Assembly (NCBI GenBank): GCA_032718475.1
Contig: JAUCBJ010001497.1
Span: forward strand, 385-64,384
From: Nemertoderma westbladi
Taxonomy: Eukaryota > Animalia > Xenacoelomorpha
Length of the DNA: 64,000 nucleotides
Reading direction: 5' to 3'
The position numbers and the translations under genes are program-made. Below are positions 23,412 to 36,660 of this stretch, in pieces. The number at the start of each line of letters is the position of its first letter. Within the stretch, counting starts at the first letter, position 1. The notes under the pieces were generated by a model that saw only the letters and a program-made list of their open reading frames with translations, had not been told where the DNA came from and ran no database searches.

Positions 23412-26400
23412 GTGAATCAGTACATTTTAAACTCGCAACATATAACTAACTGCCAAGGACTTATTAACAATGAGGAGTATATAATGTCTCTGCTACACAC
23501 ATGTGAAATATTGGGCATCCAAGAACATTGGCTAGATGGCTTAGAGGCTCGTGTACACCTAAAGGACTTTGACAAAGAATTTCAATGCGACTACTTTACT
23601 TAATTGGTAATAGAATGTCAAATCCTAATAGGAAACGGGGTTCAGGAGGGGTCGCAATGTTTGTTAGGAAATCAATCATAAATGAAGTGCATCGCATAGA
23701 CTCGGGAGATGATATTGTTGGATTCAAACTTCTGCCCAAACACACAAATCAGGAAATACTCGTCTTATCTGGATATGCTCCCGATTGCAGTAAGGGAGAT
23801 ACAGCTTATACGGAATTTCTGAGCAGAATAGAATCTCTAAAATCAATATACTCCAATGCTGTCCCATACATTTAATGGATAGCAATGCAGACATCGGCGC
23901 AGGCCAAGGGCCAAGGTATTGCTGTAATCGTATAAAGCCAACTAAGAGAGGGAAGTTACTATTGAACTATATGGGAGAATCGGGTCTGACTGCGATTGAT
24001 ACCACAAATATATTTGATGGCCCATGTATAACCTTCTATGGACATGGAAACACATGCATAGACCATATCTTAACCAACACGAGTGGCTGCGCCACATTTA
24101 TTGACGGAAAAGTTAGCTGCCAGGAGACTGACTCAAACAGCTCGGACCACGTTCCTGTTACTGGTACCATTAAAATTAGGAAACACAGCAACACTCCAAT
24201 AAAAATAACACCGTGGGAAAACAATTTTAAATGCCGCAAAAGACACTTACGCTTTAATTGGAAGAAATGTACATCCGAAGAGCTAGAAAAATACGCCAAA
24301 TGAGTTGAAGATGGATTGGACAACCTGAATAAGCGAATCACAGCCAACCCCTTAACTTGGGATTTTGAAACGATGAACTGTTACATGGACTGCTTTAAAG
24401 AAAATATTTTTGGGTCAGCAAACAGGCATATTCCGATGATACGTCCATGCAAACATAGTAGAAATCTTAGAGTTAGGGACTCCAGCCTAAAAGAGAAGTC
24501 AAAGGTGACAAAGAATTTGTATACCATCTGGTGTAACCAAGGCAAAGATATGAATAACCCGATACATGAGTCTTACCTACAGTCAAAATGGTCTACTCGA
24601 CGATTAAGAAACTGGTTGGCAAAGAAGAAGGTGATTAACAATCTCATTCATGGGTCTACTAACACTCATCAGGCACCATACAAGTTCTGGAAGTTTTTTT
24701 GGCAAGAAGTATCCTCAAGCAATCCCCCAATCTTGCAGGAAGACATAAGAAACCACATGGAAGGAAAGTTAAGCTCTGGCAATGACGGACAGGAACGAAA
24801 TAACCTACGAACAAAGCTCAATGAATGGAAATATAATGCAACAGCTCCATCGATCTCTGAAAATTGGATAAAATCTGCATTCCTATCTCTGCCATTAGGG
24901 AAGAGTCTAAATCTCCGAAACCCTTTTATTTTTATAAAATTTATTACTTAGACTTACCTTTTCGGCGGACAAAATGTCCTATATTTTTCGTAATTTATGG
25001 GATAGCCTATTTCGTGCAATACTAACCGGAACCTGTAGTTACTGTATGGTTTGGTGTAGTTTTTCTTGTGGTAGTTGGGATTATGTAGCACTAAAATCGA
25101 TTTGGAATTTTGGTTTTTTAATGGGCCTTAGTGCCTGAGTACTAACAGTGGCCCAAGTGGCCCTAAATGCTAGGTAGTATCTGAGGTAATAAGACCCCAT
25201 GTCCTATTTTATTGTTTTCATATTAGGGAAGAGCCCAGACTTAGACTCATTGACAGTTGAGCATATCCTCCACTTGCAGCCAACCACGATATGTCAATCA
25301 ATGGAGAAAGTGCTAGCAGCAGCTCTTCACTTGGGCCGCCTACCACTATTGTTCGGCAACACCGTAATTAGCAGCCTATATAAGGGTAAGGGTAAACAGA
25401 GAAACGATCCCACCTCATACCGACCTGTTAGTTCAATATGTATTTTTGCGAAGATGTTTGAATCAATCATCGTATACAGCACTATATGGGCAATGTGGAT
25501 AGTGATGTCATACAGTGCCAAGAACAGGGCCTGATATGGTAATAGCAACGGTGCTAGAAATAATGGATTACTATCACCAGCAAGGATCAGGATTATATGT
25601 CTGTCAACTGGATATAGAAGGAGCCTTCGACAATGTGAATCATGTTACCCTCATCAGCAAACTGGCCAATACGCTCAATCCCTACATATCATTTACTCTT
25701 GCTGGACTACTATTCCATTGGTCTTGCGTATTTAAAGTTCGGGACAGAAATCGACATAGATGGATTGATAATGACTAAGTGTATAAAACAGGGGTCACTG
25801 TTATCACCCTTATTATTCAATTACTATATGAAGGGTTTATTCTGTGCTGTAAAGCAACAACAGTTGGGCTGTACTGTATATGGGATGTGGGCAGGGTGCA
25901 TATCCTTTGCCGATGACATTTTACTGTTGAGTACCATGCCCTCTTCAATAGAACACATGGTTGGAACCATCGAAACTGGTCGAACCTCCATAGGTCTACG
26001 AATAGAAAATTCAAAAACGCACTGGATGAAAACAGAAGCAAATGGAAGAATACAACATAAACAGACATTTCTTCGCATTCTAGGGTCCCTGATAACATCT
26101 AAAAACATTATCACTTTTCTAGGTCATAAGCTATTTGCATCAAGCTCCTCCGTCAACTGCTTCAGAGAATGCCTGAAAGCCATAAAAATTTTGTCAGAAA
26201 GATTCCACAAGCTGGGATGGAACTCGCGCTGGTGTATTGCTGAAGAAATTTCAAAAATATGGAATATATATGCATTGCCATCGCTACTATATACTTTCGT
26301 TTTCCTGACTGGTGGATTAAGTGACAAACACTCTGCTCAACTTGATGCATATTATAGGAAAACTTTACGTGGCTTATTCATGGTTGGAAACTATGTCTCG

Positions 26401-26933
26401 AATGGATGTATCTACCATCTGGTGAAAACAAATTCTATAAGTGCAGAAAGTTATAGAGCGGCCGCCGGTCTGATTATGCGCATTAAAAACTGCCCTATTA
26501 TCCCTCTCCACTACATTATACGGAGTCTAATCTGGCATTAGAGGAATGATGGTTCTAGGAACCGACATATTATGACTGCTGGCTCAGCATACTCAAAATG
26601 CGTCCAGTGTTTTCCAGTCCCACAGCCAATTTCCCTACTTAACCATGAATACTCAAACTCAAAGGATGTAATTCGTGGTTCAATAACCCATGTTCCTAAT
26701 TGGATGGATATCATGAACGCAAATTTTGTGGAGGACGTCTACAGCCTAAGATACTCAACATTTAGTTTCAAAGATCGTCGGATACGTGAATATTTTAATG
26801 TGTAAAGGAAATCGAATATGCTCCAGGATGATGAACCACTGAACTTTAGAACTCCATTCGCGATACGGTACTAAGAGGTCCCCAGGTTTGCTGCATGATC
26901 GCCGTAACAACCCTTCTATCTTGAGAACTGACT
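23412..26933 (+). pseudogene. Degenerate LINE ORF2 (APE and RT)
   Basis: LATYN..CQG, GIQEHWL, RGSGGVA, IDHIL, SDHVPV (APE); SYRPVS, LDIEGAFD, IKQGSLLSP, FADD (RT). Many stops and frameshifts. Confidence 0.88.
24906..25221. mobile_element. 316-bp unclassified insertion with 12-bp TSD
   Basis: ATTAGGGAAGAG duplicated at 24894-24905 and 25222-25233. Removing the insert restores LPLGKSPDLDSL. Confidence 0.75.
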
Positions 26934-28173
26934 GGACCATGGAACCCATTTTGGCACGAAGAAGGATAATTGAAGAATTATCAAAAAAGAAAGACAGGCA
27001 TCTGGCTGTTATCTTTGTTGACTTCTTCAAGGCCTTTGATTCAGTCTCTCGCTCACGTATGTTCAGCATACTTTAATTATATGGGATTCCTGATGAAATT
27101 ATTGCAGCAATCAGATCAGTATACGATGGTTCGACAACATTTGTGTCTACTGTTGACGGTGACACAGAACCATTTGAAGTGTTATGGGGCGTCCTCCAAG
27201 GAGACACATTTGCACCATTCGTGTTCATTATTGTGGTTGACTATGTTCTACGCATGTCCTTAGGTCATCATAATGATGATGGGGTGATAATAACTCCACC
27301 TACTGGCTCCAGAAGTCGAGGAAATCCTGCCAAGTACCTAACTGATCTAGACTTTGCTGATGACTTAGGAGTACTCTCAGAATCACTAGAGGGAGCCCAA
27401 CGGCTCCTCAGCTCATTAGAACATGCTGCTTCTAGTGTTGGTCTTTTTATTAACTCCAGAAAGACCAAAATTTTGACAGTTAACTTTGAAAGTCCTCAGC
27501 AAGTCTCTGATCGGATGAGCATAAGCTCAAAGGATGGTATGCTTGAGCATGTGGACGACTTCTGTAACTTGGGATCATGGATCCGGAAGTCAGGTGAGGA
27601 CCTTCGAATACGTAAGGGAAAGGCATGGGCTGCCTTGAATAGGCTTTCCAGGATTTGGAAGTCACCGAGAATTAATCGGAAACTTAAGGTCCGATTATTT
27701 AGAGCAGCAGAAGTTCCAGTACTCCTCTACGGGAGTCCATGCTGGGCTCTAACTGCTGAGGACACCAAATCTCTGGATGGCACATTCACAAGAATGCTAC
27801 GCCGGGTTCATTGTGTCAAGTACAATGCACACATCTCCAACCAGACACTATATAACATTGGAGGTGTCTCATTGGTTCCCCCAAGCTTGACACTAGAACA
27901 AAATCGCCTCCGCTTTGCAGGACATTGCTTTCGCCGTGAGGACCAGCCAGTGCATAATCTTGTACTTTGGCAGCCTCATGGAGTGAATAAGCATGGTGGA
28001 CAGCCCATGACTTTCTTGAGACGCATCTTAAAGGACACTGGCCTTGAAGATGCGGATGATCTATCAAATGTCATGGGTGATAGGGAGTTGTGGCGGTGCA
28101 ATTTTGTTGACAAGCCGGCACAGCATTCTTAAAAATGCAGCTGCAATGCAGCATGCCGATCCTAGTAGTAGTA
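26934..28173 (+). mobile_element. 5'-truncated RTE-clade LINE copy
   Basis: RT ORF 27143-28132; (TAG)n tail; 11-bp TSD GAGAACTGACT at 26923-26933 and 28174-28184. Confidence 0.93.
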
Positions 28174-28439
28174 GAGAACTGACTCGGTTCGGATTCGGTT
28201 AGGGTCTAATAATCTATATGAAATATAGAACTTTTAGCACTGAACGATGCCCTCTGCCGCACTAAGTGCTTTTTAATGGATTTTTAATATGTTATAACGT
28301 GTCACTGTGGTCTGTTTTTAATAATTAATAATATATCAATTTATTTGATTAAAAGCAATGAAATGAAATGAAATATAATAAAGAAAGAAAGTTTGCACTA
28401 ATGATGTAAGACCTACGTCAATATATTTATCAGCCTGTG

Positions 28440-29120
28440 ATATGATGTAAGGCCGTCGTGTACTAGACTACATAATTACATTATCAGCCTGTACTAATGG
28501 TGCACTACCGGTGTAACTACATAAATACATTATCACTATGCACTATGGTGCACTGCCTGTGAGTAACTACATAAATACATTATCACCATGCTCTATGGTG
28601 CACTGCCAGTGTAACTACATAAATACATTATCACCATGCACTATGGTGCACTGCCAGTGTAACTACATAAATACATTATCACCATGCACTATGGTGCACT
28701 GCCGGTGTAACTACATAAATACATTATCAGCCTATACTAATGGTGCACTACCGGTAGGTGTAACTACATAAATACATTATCACCATGCACTATGGTGCAC
28801 TGCCAGTGTAACTACATAAATACATTATCACCATGCACTATGGTGCACTGCCAGTGTAACTACATAAATACATTATCACCATGCACTATGGTGCACTGCC
28901 GGTGTAACTACATAAATACATTATCACCATGCACTATGGTGCACTACCGGTGTAACTACATAAATACATTATCACCATGCACTATGGTGCACTACCGGTG
29001 TAACTACATAAATACATTATCACCATGCACTATGGTGCACTACCGGTGTAACTATACATAAATACATTATCGCACTGCCTGTGTGTAACTACATAAATAC
29101 ATTATCAGCCTTCACTATGG
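28440..29120. repeat. 48-bp minisatellite
   Basis: Unit GTGTAACTACATAAATACATTATCACCATGCACTATGGTGCACTGCCA, ~13 copies. Confidence 0.92.
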
Positions 29121-29413
29121 TGTAAGGCAGATCTAACTATAGTATATTATATTAACTTACAGTAAAACTATAGATAATATTCATGCAACATTTAGGAAAA
29201 AATAGAGTTTCTTAAGGTGCAGTAAACATACATGGAATGGATACTTTTGGTTGGGTAAGTACATCAATTCTTAGACAAATACAATAAGTTCAAGTACTCA
29301 GTTTTATAGCACATCAATTAAAACTCGCGATACTTAAGTAGTTTATTGAGCATTGAGCAGAAAACGACTCTAAACCACAGTTTTGCGAAAAGATGCCAGT
29401 ACAAGAACGTGTA

Positions 29414-29626
29414 TTAGTCAAATATATCGTTTGACGCTCGGTTCTCGAAGTATTGTATAAGTAGGTTGACCTCTCTCTCAGTGCCAAGGTATAGAAATTC
29501 CTTGCAGTCCCGCAATATCAACAGCGTCCTAAGGTTCCTGATGAAATCGTTACTTTGTGGTGACACAAATCGCTTTCTGTGACCCAGGGGCAGCTGGTCA
29601 TCCGTTATAATCTGTAGTCGCACCAT
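29414..29626 (-). CDS. Last coding exon (4) of a secreted four-helix cytokine-like protein
   Basis: Acceptor TTTTATAATTCAG; 70 codons plus TAA; LLILRDCKEFL motif; AATAAA (minus) at 29342-29347. Confidence 0.78.
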   Translation of the reverse strand: MVRLQIITDDQLPLGHRKRFVSPQSNDFIRNLRTLLILRDCKEFLYLGTEREVNLLIQYFENRASNDIFD

Positions 29627-29656
29627 CTGAATTATAAAACGTGAGGTATATATATA

Positions 29657-30725
29657 TACTAGAAAGCCAGCAAGCTGGCTGGAAGGAGCCCGGGGGAAAA
29701 ATCCTAGCCAAGACTATTACAAAGAACTATGTCAGTCAGCAGTAAGTAAACTAAAATTGTCTAAACTGCAAGGCGTGAGGCTAGCTGACTTTGTGGCTCG
29801 CCCCACATAATAAAAAATGCAACTTAGCTACCACTAACAAAAATATAATATGAAGCAAATAATTTCATTATCAAGAACGTTTACAAGATATAAGATGCGA
29901 TTACCGAATATTTATAAAAAATGCCCATGATGCACAACCAGATAAATAACAACGAATAGAGCCAAATAACAAATTTAGTTTCCTTCTATAGGTATTACCC
30001 CGTCGTCAAGCGGAATATCTCTTCCCAGTGAATTCTATGTGAATATGTAATATAGGTACTCCTTAGGCGGTAGGCCAGAGCGGGCTCCTTAAATACATGC
30101 AACTACTGTATTATAGTGTAGGTCAACTATAAAACATTTTGCAATCCACAGTGAGTATCGACTGCAATAGGACACAACACACTGCTTTGTGTAACTAAAA
30201 TTCATTCTCCTGATCCACCCCCTAACATAGCAGAGTGAGTAAGTAACCTTATTGTAGATATACCCTTAGGAAGCACTGGGAGAGCAATCAGCTTATGGGG
30301 TAATACATTAGAAACCAACAGCTTATGTGTGAGTAAACATTGCCTTTCCTTATAGCCTACTAGTAAAACTTGGCAACCAACACGTTTTTCTATGACTGTG
30401 TATAACATATTAAGCCATATTTCATCATGAACACCAGCTGTTATTTTACCATTGCTTTTAATTTCGCGACAAAACAATGTCAAAAAATTAAATATATCGA
30501 ATACCACACATAGAATCGATCTGAAATTTTGTAACGCGATTATGAACCACCAAAGCAATGTACTTGCAAAATTTAATCAAAATCGCCAGGCAGGAAGTGC
30601 CTTAACCTAGATAAATGTCAGTCAGTCAGTATGTCAGTCAGTGTAATGTATCCTGAGATTTTTTACAGAAAGTATCCCTGAGATTCTTACAGTAAGTATC
30701 CCGCTGTCAAGCGGGCTCCTAATTA
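29657..30725 (+). mobile_element. Putative non-autonomous Helitron/Helentron-like element in an intron
   Basis: Starts ACTAG plus hairpin AGCCAGC-AA-GCTGGCT, contains (GTCA)n tracts and ends with hairpin CCCGC-TGTCAA-GCGGG. Shares GTGGCTCGCCCCACA with 8478-8492. Confidence 0.35.
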
Positions 30726-31163
30726 TAAGAATGCGTTTAAGAGCATTTATAAATAGAAAATAAGAAATTAAATTCTTAACGTAATTAATTAAAGTTAATA
30801 TATATATTTAATTCTTTTACAGAAGTGTTTCAATGGGATACCGGCGAAAAATAAAAATTCCGGTTCCGAAACTGACTTTTTGGAAATGGGATCAAATTTG
30901 GAATCTTGATAAAAATCTGCTCTAGGTGAAATATCAAAAAATATTTGAAAACATTTCTAAGCCCCCATCCTTAATATAAGCCTAAAAGATTCTCCCATTC
31001 ATTACCCGTATAATTAACCCACATGCTATCTCGAGGGGATGATTTCAATCACTCGAATCAGAATATTATTTTATAATCTTGCGATTTAAATAATTGAACG
31101 AATTAATAGAAAAAAATAATTAAAATTTAAATATTGGTATATATTGTTAAGTATATAACTTAC

Positions 31164-31331
31164 AACGTTAGTGAAAGCTGCGAGAATTGCGTCAAGTTTG
31201 AGTCGAACTCGATCGAGGCCATCTAATACGTCTTGAACTTCACCGTAGCGTTCATGAACTGAATGGAGCTGTAGTACTATATCGCTGTATCTGAATAGCT
31301 CTGCATGATTTACTAACAGTTGGTGTTTTAT
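31164..31331 (-). CDS. Coding exon 3 of cytokine-like gene (predicted helices B and C)
   Basis: Acceptor TTTTCTGTTGCAG, donor GTAAGT; 168 nt, phase 0/0; IKHQLL...AAFTNV. Confidence 0.8.
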
Positions 31332-31365
31332 CTGCAACAGAAAAATCAATAAACACTTAGAGAAC

Positions 31366-32870
31366 ACTTGAGCGGAAAAGGTGGCCAGTCTTTTACTTGA
31401 GCAGAAAAGGTGGCCAGTATTTTACTTGAGCAGAAAAGGTGGCCAGTCTTTTACTTGAGCAGAAAAGGTGGCCAGTCTTTTACTTGAGCAGAAAAGGTGG
31501 CCAGTCTTTTACTTGAGCAGAAAAGGTGGCCAGTCTTTTACTTGAGCAGAAAAGGTGGCCAGTCTTTTACTTGAACAGATAAGGTGGCCAGTCTTTTACT
31601 TGAGCAGAAAAGGTGGCCAGTCTTTTAGTTGAGCAGAAAAGGTGGCCAGTCTTTTACTTGAGCAGAAAAGGTGGCCAGTCTTTTACTTGAGCAGAAAAGG
31701 TGGCCAGTCTTTTACTTGAGCAGAAAAGGTGGCCAGTCTTTTACTTGAACAGATAAGGTGGCCAGTCTTTTACTTGAGCAGAAAAGGTGGCCAGTCTTTT
31801 AGTTGAGCAGAAAAAGTGGCCAGTCTTTTACTTGAGCAGAAAAGGTGGCCAGTCTTTTACTTGAGCAGAAAAGGTGGCCAGTCTTTTACTTGAGCAGAAA
31901 AGGTGGCCAGTCTTTTACTTGAACAGATAAGGTGGCCAGTCTTTTACTTGAGCAGAAAAGGTGGCCAGTCTTTTACTTGAGCAGAAACGGTGGCCAGTCT
32001 TTTACTTGAACAGATAAGGTGGCCAGTCTTTTACTTGAACAGAAAAAATGGCCAGTCTTTTACTTGAGCAGAAAAGGTGGCCAGTCTTTTAGTGGAGCAG
32101 AAAAGGTGGCCAGTCTTTTACTTGAGCAGAAAAGGTGGCCAGTCTTTTACTTGAGCAGAAAAGGTGGCCAGTCTTTTACTTGAGCAGAAAAGGTGGCCAG
32201 TCTTTTACTTGAGCAGAAAAGGTGGCCAGTCTTTTACTTGAACAGATAAGGTGGCCAGTCTTTTACTTGAGCAGAAAAGGTGGCCAGTCTTTTAGTTGAG
32301 CAGAAAAAGTGGCCAGTCTTTTACTTGAGCAGAAAAGGTGGCCAGTCTTTTACTTGAGCAGAAAAAATGGCCAGTACTTGAGCAGAAAAGGTGGCCAGTC
32401 TTTTACTTGAGCAGAAAAGGTGGCCAGTCTTTTACTTGAGCAGAAACGGTGGCCAGTCTTTTACTTGAACAGATAAGGTGGACAGTCTTTTACTTGAGCA
32501 GAAAAGGTGGCCAGTCTTTTACTTGAGCAGAAAAGGTGGCCAGTCTTTTACTTGAGCAGAAAAGGTGGCCAGTCTTTTACTTGAACAGATAAGGTGGCCA
32601 GTCTTTTACTTGAGCAGAAAAGGTGGCCAGTCTTTTAGTTGAGCAGAAAAAGTGGCCAGTCTTTTACTTGAGCAGAAAAGGTGGCCAGTCTTTTACTTGA
32701 ACAGATAAGGTGGCCAGTCTTTTACTTGAGCAGAAAAAATGGCCAGTCTTTTACTTGAGCAGAAAAGGTGGCCAGTCTTTTACTTGAGCAGAAAAGGTGG
32801 CCAGTCTTTTACTTGAACAGATAAGGTGGCCAGTCTTTTACTTGAGCAGAAAAGGTGGCCAGTCTTTTAC
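31366..32870. repeat. 29-bp intronic minisatellite
   Basis: Unit ACTTGAGCAGAAAAGGTGGCCAGTCTTTT, ~52 copies. Confidence 0.95.
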
Positions 32871-33329
32871 CGTCTTCTACAGGAAACTGGTAGGCCTATA
32901 ATGTATCGGGATGGTTTTCCATTGCACCCTTGATATTATGTAATCCATTACATTAATAGTACATCAAATTCATATATAACCCATGATATAGATAGTATGC
33001 TCTCTATTGTTTTGGAGACATACCGACGGACAGACCGACAGTTAAACCGACATAGAGAGATATGTCGAAAATTAAAGTAATCTTGCTAAATGGTTTTCAA
33101 ACTTTGAATCTTGATAGAATTCTGCTCTAGAAAAAATTGTAAATAAATGCCACAATAATATAGTAAATACCACAATAAATGCCACAATAGTAAAACGCAA
33201 AAACGTAAAACGCAAAATAAAACGATTTATTTATGACTTTTATAAAAGGAACTTAAATGAAATATTAAATTATGGTTTGGTCTATAACTTCGATTAGTAT
33301 CGGTATCACTTTATGGTCTATAAACTTAC

Positions 33330-33461
33330 ATCGTTAGGTAAGAACGGTGAAGATTCGTGGGTTTCTATGAATGACTCGGTAATGTTATGAGGCGTAACCT
33401 TAGGGGTGTAATTCAATGTGAGATCCGTGTCAATAGATTCCCTTGGAAACCACCTGGATTT
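33330..33461 (-). CDS. Coding exon 2 of cytokine-like gene (predicted A-B loop); not in the ORF track
   Basis: Acceptor TTATTTTTGTTCCAG, donor GTAAGT; 132 nt, open in phase 0/0: KSRWFPRESIDTDLTLNYTPKVTPHNITESFIETHESSPFLPND. Confidence 0.75.
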
Positions 33462-33685
33462 CTGGAACAAAAATAATATCATTAAATGTTAACATCAATA
33501 ATAAATAAGTGAAATGGGAATTTAACTTAGTAAAGGATTCAGGGGTTAAGGGAGAAATTGGAATATTGGAAAGTTGGTGCTTTCTTTGGGAACAAGGAAT
33601 TTATGTTTAATTGTTATAATTAAATTATCGGAAGTAATATTTTACTTAATCAATGTAAATAAAACAATCAGAATCAAGTTTAACG

Positions 33686-36660
33686 GCCCATGTGAAGAAT
33701 ACCAGACTTTCTGCTGTTATATTTCACTTTACAGTTACCCCCATGTGAAGAATACCAGAATTTCTGCCGTTATATTTAACTTTGCAGTTACCCCCATGTG
33801 AAGAATACCAGACTTTCTGCTGTTATATTTCACTTTACAGTTACCCCCATGTGAAGAATACCAGAATTTCTGCCGTTATATTTAACTTTGCAGTTACCCC
33901 CATGTGAAGAATACCAGACTTTCTGCCGTTATATTTCACTTTGCAGTTACCCCCATGTGAAGAATACCATACTTTCTGCCGTTATATTTCACTTTGCAGT
34001 TACCCCCATGTGAAGAATACCAGACTTTCTGCTGTTATATTTCACTTTACAGTTACCCCCATGTGAAGAATACCAGAATTTCTGCCGTTATATTTAACTT
34101 TGCAGTTACCCCCATGTGAAGAATACCAGACTTTCTGCCGTTATATTTCACTTTGCAGTTACCCCCATGTGAAGAATACCAGACTTTCTGCTGTTATATT
34201 TCACTTTGCAGTTACCCCCATGTGAAGATACCAGACTTTCTGCCGTTATATTTAACTTTGCAGTTACCCCCATGTGAAGAATACCAGACTTTCTGCCGTT
34301 ATATTTCACTTTGCAGTTACCCCCATGTGAAGAATACCAGACTTTCTGCCGTTATATTTCACTTTGCAGTTACCCCCATGTGAAGAATACCAGACTTTCT
34401 GCCGTTATATTTCACTTTGCAGTTACCCCCATGTGAAGAATACCAGACTTTCTGCCGTTATATTTCACTTTGCAGTTACCCCCATGTGAAGAATACCAGA
34501 CTTTCTGCCGTTATATTTCACTTTGCAGTTACCCCCATGTGAAGAATACCAGACTTTCTGCCGTTATATTTCACTTTGCAGTTACCCCCATGTGAAGAAT
34601 ACCAGACTTTCTGCCGTTATATTTCACTTTGCAGTTACCCCCATGTGAAGAATACCAGACTTTCTGCCGTTATATTTCACTTTGCAGTTACCCCCATGTG
34701 AAGAATACCAGACTTTCTGCCGTTATATTTCACTTTGCAGTTACCCCCATGTGAAGAATACCAGACTTTCTGCCGTTATATTTCACTTTGCAGTTACCCC
34801 CATGTGAAGAATACCATACTTTCTGCCGTTATATTTCACTTTGCAGTTACCCCCATGTGAAGAATACCAGACTTTCTGCTGTTATATTTCACTTTACAGT
34901 TACCCCCATGTGAAGTATACCAGACTTTCTGCCGTTATATTTAACTTTGCAGTTACCCCCATGTGAAGAATACCAGACTTTCTGCCGTTATATTTCACTT
35001 TGCAGTTACCCCCATGTGAAGAATACCAGACTTTCTGCCGTTATATTTCACTTTGCAGTTACCCCCATGTGAAGAATACCAGACTTTCTGCCGTTATATT
35101 TCACTTTGCAGTTACCCCCATGTGAAGAATACCAGACTTTCTGCCGTTATATTTCACTTTGCAGTTACCCCCATGTGAAGAATACCAGACTTTCTGCCGT
35201 TATATTTCACTTTGCAGTTACCCCCATGTGAAGAATACCAGACTTTCTGCCGTTATATTTCACTTTGCAGTTACCCCCATGTGAAGAATACCAGACTTTC
35301 TGCCGTTATATTTCACTTTGCAGTTACCCCCATGTGAAGAATACCAGACTTTCTGCCGTTATATTTCACTTTGCAGTTACCCCCATGTGAAGAATACCAG
35401 ACTTTCTGCCGTTATATTTCACTTTGCAGTTACCCCCATGTGAAGAATACCAGACTTTCTGCCGTTATATTTCACTTTGCAGTTACCCCCATGTGAAGAA
35501 TACCAGACTTTCTGCCGTTATATTTCACTTTGCAGTTACCCCCATGTGAAGAATACCAGACTTTCTGCCGTTATATTTCACTTTGCAGTTACCCCCATGT
35601 GAAGAATACCAGACTTTCTGCTGTTATATTTCACTTTGCAGTTACCCCCATGTGAAGAATACCAGACTTTCTGCCGTTTTATTTCACTTTGCAGTTACCC
35701 CCATGTGAAGAATACCAGACTTTCTGCCGTTATATTTCACTTTGCAGTTACCCCCATGTGAAGTATACCAGACTTTCTGCCGTTATATTTAACTTTGCAG
35801 TTACCCCCATGTGAAGAATACCAGACTTTCTGCCGTTATATTTCACTTTGCAGTTACCCCCATGTGAAGAATACCAGACTTTCTGCTGTTATATTTCACT
35901 TTGCAGTTACGCCCATGTGAAGAATACCAGACTTTCTGCTGTTATATTTCACTTTGCAGTTACCCCCATGTGAAGAATACCAGACTTTCTGCCGTTATAT
36001 TTCACTTTGCAGTTACCCCCATGTGAAGAATACCAGACTTTCTGCCGTTATATTTCACTTTGCAGTTACCCCCATGTGAAGAATACCAGACTTTCTGCTG
36101 TTATATTTCACTTTGCAGTTACCCCCATATGTGAAGTATACCAGAATTTCTGCTGTTATATTTAACTTTGCAGTTACCCCCATGTGAACAATACCATAAT
36201 TTCTGCTGTTATATTTCACTTTGCAGTTACCCCCATGTGAAGAATACCAGAATTTCTGCTGTTATATTTCACTTTGCAGTTACCCCCATGTAAAGAATAC
36301 CAGAATTTCTGCTGTTATATTTAACTTTGCAGTTACCCCCATGTGAAGTATACCAGAATTTCTGCTGTTATATTTCACTTTGCAGTTACCCCCATGTGAA
36401 GAATACCACACTTTCTGCCGTTATATTTCACTTTGCAGTTACCCCCATGTGAAGAATACCCGGTTTTCATCAAAAACAACAGGTTACAGAAGGGCTTAAT
36501 CTAACCAAAACAATAAACTAATTAGTATCTGTACAGGTTATAAGACAGAAATAAGCGCTATAAAACACTTAATAAAGATAAATTTAAAAAAATAAGAAAT
36601 CTTTAAAATTCCAATAAAAAGTCGACCGAAAAGTGAAATCCTGGTATTCTTCTCATGGGC
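33686..36660. repeat. 53-bp satellite array (33686-36461) inside a TIR-bounded, MITE-like element
   Basis: Unit CCCCATGTGAAGAATACCAGACTTTCTGCCGTTATATTTCACTTTGCAGTTAC, ~52 copies. An inverted partial unit AAAGTGAAATCCTGGTATTCTTCTCATGGGC lies at 36630-36660. Confidence 0.9.

Larger units (their letters stand above)
15841..28390 (+). mobile_element. Degenerate APE-type LINE (Ulp1 / coiled-coil / RRM-like ORF1 region, then ORF2) carrying four nested insertions
   Basis: Coiled coil at 16637-17000. RRM-like EEDIEEYLASRG...MKVILKPADKY ends near 17720 and resumes as LQPGFWPKHLICEGW near 23219. ORF2 follows from ~23420. (TGAAA)n / A-rich tail at ~28358-28390. Confidence 0.6.

Noticed and set aside
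28538-29061. Cys-rich repeat protein (MVHCQCNYINTLSPCT)n
   Set aside because: Translation of a 48-bp minisatellite with frame-breaking variants.
32871-32940. Alternative exon 2 for the cytokine-like gene
   Set aside because: Weak splice sites and an in-frame stop in phase 0; 33330-33461 fits far better.
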